Under the pieces are notes generated by a model. The model made no database searches. It was not told where the DNA came from and was given only the letters and a program-made list of their open reading frames with translations. Source: an uncultured Candidatus Nitrosopumilus sp. (GTDB lineage Archaea; Thermoproteota; Nitrososphaeria; Nitrososphaerales; Nitrosopumilaceae). Taken from it: a DNA stretch of 32,000 bases. Location: NCBI GenBank assembly GCA_951812655.1, contig OX638319.1, forward strand, positions 1,155,620-1,187,619, read 5' to 3'. This document shows, piece after piece, positions 26,914-32,000 of the stretch; the first letter of the stretch is position 1, and the number at the start of each line of letters is the position of its first letter. The position numbers and the translations under genes are program-made.

Positions 26914-27008
26914 GATGATAGTTTGCCTTTGCGGTATAATACAAAAATATACAATTTCCGATGATGATTTCCAACCATGAAAACCATTAACGAAAACTGT
27001 GCCGTCTC

Positions 27009-27017
27009 TTTTAATTT
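27009..27017 (+). promoter_or_regulatory. TATA-like box (TTTTAATTT) for the 27039 gene
   Basis: Starts 30 nt upstream of the ATG at 27039. Confidence 0.35.
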
Positions 27018-27038
27018 CAAATCCTCCATAGTTAATAC

Positions 27039-27251
27039 ATGAAACAAAAACTAATCATGGCACTGTTTTTGAGTGCTGTACTTGTACTAACTTTGTCAAG
27101 TACAGAATCTGTATTTGCAGATTCTGACGAACGAAGTGATGACAGATACGACGATGACAGATACGATGAATCGGAAAATGAGACAGACGAAGAATGTGAT
27201 AAAGATGACAAGTTTGAAGATGATGACAGATACGACGATGACAGACGATGA
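27039..27251 (+). CDS. Secreted polyanionic mini-protein (70 aa) with DDRY repeats
   Basis: Signal peptide MKQKLIMALFLSAVLVLTLSSTESVFA/DS. The mature part is about 60% D/E, with DDRYDDDRYDE and DDRYDDDRR. Confidence 0.55.
   Translation: MKQKLIMALFLSAVLVLTLSSTESVFADSDERSDDRYDDDRYDESENETDEECDKDDKFEDDDRYDDDRR
27138..27245 (+). repeat. 24-bp perfect direct repeat GATGACAGATACGACGATGACAGA (27138-27161 and 27222-27245), itself built from GATGACAGATAC units
   Basis: Read directly from the sequence. The repeat encodes the DDRYDDDR blocks and explains the spurious overlapping ORFs on both strands. Confidence 0.9.
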
Positions 27252-27348
27252 CATTCTGTCCTATTTTTTTGATACGATTTCCATACTTAAAAACTGTTAA
27301 TGGGAAATATCTTTTGTTTATTAACATGAATTTTAATCATCGGATTCA

Positions 27349-27579
27349 ATGCATAGAAACACGTTAACGGCAATGACTCTAATCGCAGTAACACTGTCTG
27401 TAATCACAGTATCGATTACAGATCTCCAAGATGCGGAAGCTGCCAAGATCTCAGGCACCTACACCCAAAAATTTGGTTCGGCTACCAAGGACAAGGTTTG
27501 CGGTGATCAACTGTGTGTAGATATCTCACAAAAACAAATTGCAGATTCATGCCTGTCTCTGAACTCAATTCATTGCTAG
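27349..27579 (+). CDS. Signal-peptide-bearing fragment or small secreted protein (76 aa)
   Basis: Signal peptide MHRNTLTAMTLIAVTLSVITVSITDLQDAEA/AK, then a short Cys-containing tail that ends inside the next ORF. Confidence 0.45.
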   Translation: MHRNTLTAMTLIAVTLSVITVSITDLQDAEAAKISGTYTQKFGSATKDKVCGDQLCVDISQKQIADSCLSLNSIHC

Positions 27580-27965
27580 ACAGAATGGATTCGATTCATG
27601 ATGATCACCAGAATCAGATGATCCAGAAATGGCAGTCGATGTCATTCGAGAAACAGGTTGAAATGATTGCAAAAATGAGTGAGAAAATCATCAAGATGGA
27701 GTCCATGAACATGTCCCAGCACATTTCTGCAATGGATAACCTGATGCAAAAAGATGGAAAGCACTACGATAAAAAAATGATGAAAACACAATCAGAGCCA
27801 ATCTACAATGAAACACTAAACCCAAGACAAATCGACTATCCAAATACTCTGGGATTCAGCGATCTTCACATACATGCGATAAGACATCTTGATGTAAATG
27901 TCTCACGGTATTGCGGATCATCTGCTGCAGACTATAGTTCATCATCACTGCAAGGTATACGATGA
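27549..27965 (+). CDS. Met/His-rich protein carrying the N-terminal part of a DUF1264-like domain (138 aa from ATG 27549)
   Basis: By my count 17 Met in 138 aa (MIQKWQSMSFEKQVEMIAKMSEKIIKMESMNMSQHISAMDNLM). The sequence ends with LGFSDLHIHAIRHLD followed by an unconserved tail. Confidence 0.45.
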   Translation: MPVSELNSLLDRMDSIHDDHQNQMIQKWQSMSFEKQVEMIAKMSEKIIKMESMNMSQHISAMDNLMQKDGKHYDKKMMKTQSEPIYNETLNPRQIDYPNTLGFSDLHIHAIRHLDVNVSRYCGSSAADYSSSSLQGIR

Positions 27966-28278
27966 CAACACTGCAACCTGCTTGCTTTTTCCAAAAGGCA
28001 TGACTGACCAAGACAAGCCATACGGAATCGAATACGTCATCACGTCTGATCAGTATGAGGAATTGCCAGAAGAAGAAAAAGCATACTGGCACTATCACAA
28101 GACAGAATTTACGAAAGCATTAGCAACTTTCCCAGAACTGATTGATGAAGAATTGGCAAAAATCCAAACCGTTTTAGATGAGACGTATGGAAAAGTGGTC
28201 TACTTTTGGAATCTTGGAGATACCTATCCGATAGGTGAACCATACGTCCTAGTTGTTCAGGAGATTCCTGATCAATGA
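27898..28278 (+). CDS. DUF1264-like protein, C-terminal two thirds of the domain (126 aa)
   Basis: VHHHCKVYDD...CLLF...YGIEYVITSDQYEELPEEEKAYWHYHKTEF...ETYGKVVYFWNLGDTYPIGEP matches my recollection of DUF1264/OBAP family blocks (HHfC, LIGlEYI, LP.eEK.LWH.H, TYGK..HfWq...P.G.P). Confidence 0.6.
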   Translation: MSHGIADHLLQTIVHHHCKVYDDNTATCLLFPKGMTDQDKPYGIEYVITSDQYEELPEEEKAYWHYHKTEFTKALATFPELIDEELAKIQTVLDETYGKVVYFWNLGDTYPIGEPYVLVVQEIPDQ

Positions 28279-28553
28279 CTTTTTTTATTTTTTCGATTAG
28301 AAAGATTGGCAAAATCAAATATCTTAAGGAGAATGATATGACTTACCGAGAGCATCGGTGGAGAGCAATGTCTATGAGTGTGGCATTGTTCATACATGCT
28401 TGGATTCCATCTTTGTTTGCAACTTATGCTTCTGATAAAATGAATCAAAATCATGATTGACCTCATTTTTTTATCTAAAGACATCTCAAATTTTTGTATG
28501 GTGTGTGCCCTAGTTGTTCGTGCCATTCCTGATCAATGACTTTTTCATTTTTC
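28248..28553 (+). repeat. Imperfect direct repeat of about 47 bp (28248-28294 and 28509-28553), offset 261 bp
   Basis: Shared blocks are CCTAGTTGTTC (11/11) and TTCCTGATCAATGACTTTTT (20/20), with divergent bases between them. Copy 1 covers the DUF1264 stop and the DUF6356-like start. Confidence 0.85.
28275..28460 (+). CDS. DUF6356-like small protein (61 aa; alternative ATG 28338)
   Basis: TYREHRWRAMSMSVALFIHAWIPSLFATYAS resembles the DUF6356 core (sY.EH...A......liHAliP.lF...aS). Its ATG overlaps the preceding TGA as ATGA. Confidence 0.45.
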   Translation: MTFFIFSIRKIGKIKYLKENDMTYREHRWRAMSMSVALFIHAWIPSLFATYASDKMNQNHD

Positions 28554-28626
28554 CTATATTGAATATTTTTATGAATTTTAAAAATTCACCGATAATTGAT
28601 TTTCAAGAATGGGAATTGTCAATTTC

Positions 28627-28634
28627 TTTTAATG
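28627..28634 (+). promoter_or_regulatory. TATA-like box (TTTTAATG) for the 28657 gene
   Basis: Starts 30 nt upstream of the GTG at 28657. Confidence 0.3.
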
Positions 28635-28656
28635 TAAAACAAGTCTAACTAACATT

Positions 28657-29799
28657 GTGAATTCTTCGTCTGTTCTGTTGTTTTTGTTATTGACAGTAAG
28701 TATTGCAGGAATTTTTTCAATGCCTTTAGTTTTTGCTGAGGAACAGACAGTGAGAATTCCAACTGGAGCAGCATCTCCGTCATGTACTAATGATGATTCT
28801 TGTTATGTTCCAAGCAAGATAATAATCAATGAAGGCAATGAAGTAGAATGGATGAATGAAGACTCTACAGCACATACTGTGACCAGTGGGGTCCCCGGAG
28901 AAGGTCATGATGGATTATTTGATAGTGGAATAATCGTGCCTCGTAGCGAATTTGAATTTACATTTAATGGATTTGATGTTGGTACTTATCCCTATTACTG
29001 CACAGCCCATCCTTGGATGGTTGGAAATGTAACTATTGTAAATTATTCTGTAGAGATGGTAAGTGAGGACTCTGACGTTATTTCTGAATCTGAATCAGAA
29101 TATTCTTTTGACGAGAACGATGCTTATGAAAGAAATTCGTCCAACCACATCTCAAAATCTGATGCACAACCAACTCTTCTTGAAAACCAGAGAATGTTTG
29201 GAAAGTATAAAGTAACAGTTGACTGGATAAGGGATCTTCCTGCAGTAAATGAGATCAATGGAATTGAGATTTTGGTAAGTGATATGACAAAGAAAAGTAG
29301 TCATGTAGATTCCATGAAAGGGATGAAAGATCACGGTAATGCCAAAGGCAAGCACGGCGAGTCCTCTCATGATGCCAAAGGCAAGCACGATTCTAGTAAC
29401 AAATGTGGGGGAGTAGGCCACGGTAATGATGAAGAAAATCACGGTAATTCAATGAAAGGAAAAAGTGGTCATGATTACAAAGAAATGAAAGGCCATGAAG
29501 GTGGGTGTCCACATTTCCAGATGATAAAAAAGATGATTCCTCAAATAGAATTACTTGAAAATGGAGTAAGCCAAGTGGATAGAAGTATGAAGATCACTTT
29601 GTCCGTTGGAAGTAACGAGTTGACTATGCCCGTAGTAGCAGATGAAAATCTACCTGGAAGATATGCCGCGGTGTTTGTTCCTACTGTTACAGGAAAGTAC
29701 GGATTAGAAGTACACGGTACAATTCACGGATCACCTGTTAATATGACAATTGAGATGGATAAGGTACTTGACAAAAATCAAGTCACTAAATTCCCATAA
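28657..29799 (+). CDS. Secreted amicyanin-like cupredoxin fused to a His-rich low-complexity segment and a beta-rich C-terminal region (380 aa)
   Basis: Signal peptide ...SMPLVFA/EE. Type-1 Cu ligand pattern: TAHTVTSG, then YYCTAHPWMVG (C-x2-H-x2-M, as in amicyanin). The segment between about aa 215 and 290 is rich in H, G and K (HGNAKGKHGESSHDAKGKHD...HGNDEENHGNSMKGKSGHD). Confidence 0.85.
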   Translation: MNSSSVLLFLLLTVSIAGIFSMPLVFAEEQTVRIPTGAASPSCTNDDSCYVPSKIIINEGNEVEWMNEDSTAHTVTSGVPGEGHDGLFDSGIIVPRSEFEFTFNGFDVGTYPYYCTAHPWMVGNVTIVNYSVEMVSEDSDVISESESEYSFDENDAYERNSSNHISKSDAQPTLLENQRMFGKYKVTVDWIRDLPAVNEINGIEILVSDMTKKSSHVDSMKGMKDHGNAKGKHGESSHDAKGKHDSSNKCGGVGHGNDEENHGNSMKGKSGHDYKEMKGHEGGCPHFQMIKKMIPQIELLENGVSQVDRSMKITLSVGSNELTMPVVADENLPGRYAAVFVPTVTGKYGLEVHGTIHGSPVNMTIEMDKVLDKNQVTKFP

Positions 29800-30259
29800 T
29801 CACACATTTGATTTTTAACAAATTATTGGCATATCCTGGTGACAATTTACATTTGTAACCTTGTATTTAGCAAAAAGAGGTATCATATATCAAATCATGT
29901 TCAGGAGTTAATGATTATTACTATGAAACAGGATATGACTTTGCAATATTTGCAATGTTCCTTGGCGTTGCAGAAGTATTTCTTGCAATCATATCTATGA
30001 TCAAAAAAAAAGAGATGAGTTGTTTGGATAATATCTGAAATATTTTCTATCTTTTACTTGATTGTTTTTAAAACTCCCTGTGAATCTTGTGGCGTGTTCA
30101 TTACTATAGTTCCAGAAATGATTTAAAAATTGATGGTGGTTTCATAGAGCCCGTAGCAAGCATTCGTTTTATACACTGCATAAAAATTTTCAAAAATGTA
30201 TTATTTCCAACATCGATAATGACAACCTATCTAATATTGATGATTCACAGAAAAACTGG

Positions 30260-31546
30260 TTGTCTGAATTAAAACGCCACATGGGATTGTTTCAGCTTAC
30301 AATGTATGGAGTGGGGTTGACCCTTGGTGCTGGAATTTATGTTTTGATTGGAGAGGCATCTGGTTTTGCTGGAAACTCTATGTGGATCTCTTTTGGTCTT
30401 GGTGCGATTGTGGCAATGTTTGCAGGATTGAGCTATTCGGAACTTGCTGTGTTGTTTCCTAAGGCAGCAGCAGAATATGTTTTTGTAAAAAATGCCTTCA
30501 AAAGTGGTTTTGTTGGTTTTCTTGTTGGCTGGTTGACTGTTATCACGTCCATGATTGTCGGTGCCACCGTTGCCTTGGGATTTGGGGGCTATTTTGCACA
30601 ATTTCTTGACATTCCGATTATCATTTCGGCAATTTTGCTTTTAGCTGCCTTATCACTTGTTAATTTTATTGGAATAAGGCACTCTGCATGGATGAATACT
30701 GTTTTTGCATTTGTTACCATTGCAGGTTTGGGAATAATAGTTTTCTTGGGATTTACGTTTGAATCTGTAGAGCCTGTAGACTATTTTGATATGCCAAATG
30801 GAATTACTGGGTTAATGTTTGCGTTCGTTCTGATTTTTTTTGCATTTATAGGATTTGAGGACATGGCAAACGTTGCAGAAGAAGTAAAACGACCTAAAAA
30901 AACACTGCCCAGAGCAATAATCTTGTCCGTTCTGATCACCGTGACAATCTACATTCTTGTATCTCTGTCATCTGTACGTATCCTGAACTGGGAAGAGTTG
31001 AGTCAATCTGCTGCACCATTGGCAGATGTCGCTGCAAAAGGATTAGGATTGGAAGGGGGAATTATCCTGTCAGTAATTGCGCTATTTGCTACTGCTAGCA
31101 CTGTTCTGATTACCCTGGTAGCTGGGGCAAGAATACTTTACGGCATGGCAAAGGACGGTTCATTGCCCTCTCTTTTTGGAAGGATTCATTCCAAGACTGG
31201 AACGCCGTGGATTGCGGCAATCGGTATTTTTATCACATCTGTTGCATTTGCATTAATTGGAGATATTGTAATTGTTGCCAATATTGTTGTTTTTGCAATT
31301 GTCATAACATTTGCAATGGTGAATCTGTCTGTAATTTTACTACGATATGTGCGACCTGATGTGGAACGTCCATTCAAAGTACCGCTAAATGTAGGTAAAT
31401 TCCCGATTTTGCCCCTTTTCGGGTTTGTTATGACTGTCTATATGGCAATGCAATTTGAGTTGGAAATAATTTTGGCAGGATTGGGGATACTTGGTACCGG
31501 TTGTATTTTTTATCTTTTGTACAATAAAAGGAAAATTAAATCGTGA
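30260..31546 (+). CDS. APC-superfamily amino acid/polyamine permease (428 aa, TTG start)
   Basis: Twelve hydrophobic segments. The N-terminal LKRHMGLFQLTMYGVGLTLGAGIYVLIGE is typical of APC transporters. Confidence 0.9.
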   Translation: MSELKRHMGLFQLTMYGVGLTLGAGIYVLIGEASGFAGNSMWISFGLGAIVAMFAGLSYSELAVLFPKAAAEYVFVKNAFKSGFVGFLVGWLTVITSMIVGATVALGFGGYFAQFLDIPIIISAILLLAALSLVNFIGIRHSAWMNTVFAFVTIAGLGIIVFLGFTFESVEPVDYFDMPNGITGLMFAFVLIFFAFIGFEDMANVAEEVKRPKKTLPRAIILSVLITVTIYILVSLSSVRILNWEELSQSAAPLADVAAKGLGLEGGIILSVIALFATASTVLITLVAGARILYGMAKDGSLPSLFGRIHSKTGTPWIAAIGIFITSVAFALIGDIVIVANIVVFAIVITFAMVNLSVILLRYVRPDVERPFKVPLNVGKFPILPLFGFVMTVYMAMQFELEIILAGLGILGTGCIFYLLYNKRKIKS

Positions 31547-31574
31547 TAACTTTTCAAATATTCGTAATGTGAGA

Positions 31575-31724
31575 TTATTCTAGTTTTTTAATCTCTAGCC
31601 TAGTTTCTTTTAGCTTTTTTTCAAATTTTTCTTTATCGTTTTGAGACATTGAATTATCGCATAGTTTTTTCAGAATCAGGAATTCCTTATCTTTTAGTGT
31701 TGCAAGGTAATCCTGTTCTACCAT
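31575..31724 (-). CDS. Possible small coiled-coil protein (49 aa), below the ORF-track cutoff
   Basis: My translation is MVEQDYLATLKDKEFLILKKLCDNSMSQNDKEKFEKKLKETRLEIKKLE. It has the same K/E-rich style as the other mini-ORFs. Confidence 0.3.
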   Translation of the reverse strand: MVEQDYLATLKDKEFLILKKLCDNSMSQNDKEKFEKKLKETRLEIKKLE

Positions 31725-31821
31725 AATACTCTAGAAATTTTTACGAACTTAAGATTTTTCATGCATCCTGTTCTTAGAATGAATCGTGATGGAACATGAC
31801 AAATAGGGAAAATCTCTCTCA

Positions 31822-32000
31822 ATGCTTGTGAAGAAGAGTATCATGGTTTGCTTGGACGGTTCAAAGCACTCCTTGCGAGGATTGGATGCTGCAATTTCGT
31901 CTGCAAAACAGTCAGATTCCACAATCATCGGAGTTCACAGCGATACGAGCTTCAGTGCGTTTTCTGCAGTACGTGCACCGCTACTTCCAGAGGAAAAGTG
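31822..32000 (+). CDS. Universal stress protein (UspA family), 3' end cut by window edge
   Basis: MLVKKSIMVCLDGSKHSLRGLDAAISSAKQSDSTIIGVH matches the USP N-terminal strand-helix pattern. The frame is open to the window end. Confidence 0.7.
   Translation, partial: MLVKKSIMVCLDGSKHSLRGLDAAISSAKQSDSTIIGVHSDTSFSAFSAVRAPLLPEEK

Larger units (their letters stand above)
27349..28278 (+). pseudogene. Possible single disrupted gene: signal peptide, Met/His-rich region and DUF1264-like domain spread over three overlapping ORFs
   Basis: The ORFs 27349-27579, 27513-27965 and 27898-28278 are in phases 1, 0 and 1. The DUF1264-like conserved blocks start in phase 0 (LGFSDLHIHAIRH) and continue in phase 1 (HHHC...GIEYVITSDQYEELPEEEKAYWHYH...ETYGKVVYFWNLGDTYPIGEP). 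Confidence 0.4.

Noticed and set aside
26719-26964. 81-aa plus-strand ORF
   Set aside because: Composition is Phe/His/Ile-rich. It is the exact antisense of a 51-aa zinc-ribbon-like ORF that sits in an operon-like position.
27055-27327. ORFs 27055-27327 (minus) and 27115-27300 (plus) overlapping the acidic peptide gene
   Set aside because: These alternative frames stay open only because of the GATGACAGATAC repeats. They have no signal peptide and an implausible repetitive His/Cys/Arg or Met/Thr/Asp sequence.
28272-28526. 84-aa minus-strand ORF, and 28109-28318 minus-strand ORF
   Set aside because: They lie antisense to the DUF1264-like and DUF6356-like frames, which carry recognisable motifs.
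29871-30038. Frame encoding a TM-like peptide ...YDFAIFAMFLGVAEVFLAIISMIKKKE...
   Set aside because: There is no ATG, GTG or TTG start upstream of the hydrophobic segment within the open frame. The first ATG lies inside the helix.
30087-30272. 61-aa plus-strand ORF upstream of the APC permease
   Set aside because: It has odd composition and runs into the permease start. It is more likely a promoter or leader region.
1-32000. Search for CRISPR arrays, rRNA/tRNA genes, integrases, transposases, terminal inverted repeats and prophage hallmarks
   Set aside because: I saw no regularly spaced repeats, no tRNA-like T-arm sequences, and no recombinase or transposase motifs in any ORF. The only repeats are the intragenic and junction repeats reported above.

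Overview
AT-rich archaeal chromosomal segment. The gene content points to an ammonia-oxidising thaumarchaeon (Nitrosopumilales-like): aEF-2, archaeal-type PurP, several signal-peptide cupredoxin/metal proteins, many tiny orphan ORFs, and TATA boxes about 30 nt upstream of start codons. This placement is inference only. No BLAST, HMM or Rfam search was possible, so all family calls rest on motifs I recognise by eye.

Confident housekeeping genes:
- fusA (5' truncated by the window edge)
- a CBS-TrkH cation transporter
- a DUF151 bifunctional-nuclease-domain protein
- purP
- ubiX plus an SRPBCC protein
- tatC-tatA
- purS, then purQ-purL
- DUF302, a tandem rhodanese and an ArsR-like regulator
- an APC permease
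- a 3'-truncated universal stress protein

I found no rRNA, tRNA, CRISPR array, integrase or transposase.

Most interesting observations:
1. 27039-29799 is a same-strand cluster of secreted, metal-ligand-rich proteins. It holds a DDRY-repeat polyanionic peptide, a Met/His-rich segment, a DUF1264-like domain, a DUF6356-like mini-ORF, and an amicyanin-like cupredoxin with a His-rich insert. Within it the DUF1264-like domain is visibly split across two reading frames, and a 47-bp direct repeat duplicates the gene's 3' junction.
2. About 15241-15364 is a roughly 48% GC island in a 14% GC intergenic region. It folds on paper into a long stem with a three-way junction, sits between a TATA-like box and a T-run, and is a candidate novel ncRNA.
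3. A secreted 485-aa protein carries a perfect 92-bp internal DNA duplication encoding a tandem WIKNNAGWWADGQIDD module. It is transcribed divergently from a Cys-motif membrane protein.
4. 2001-8720 is a gene-poor, small-orphan-ORF stretch containing an orphan PIN-like (DUF5615-type) protein.

None of these amounts to a demonstrated new system. They are leads, each with an explicit test.
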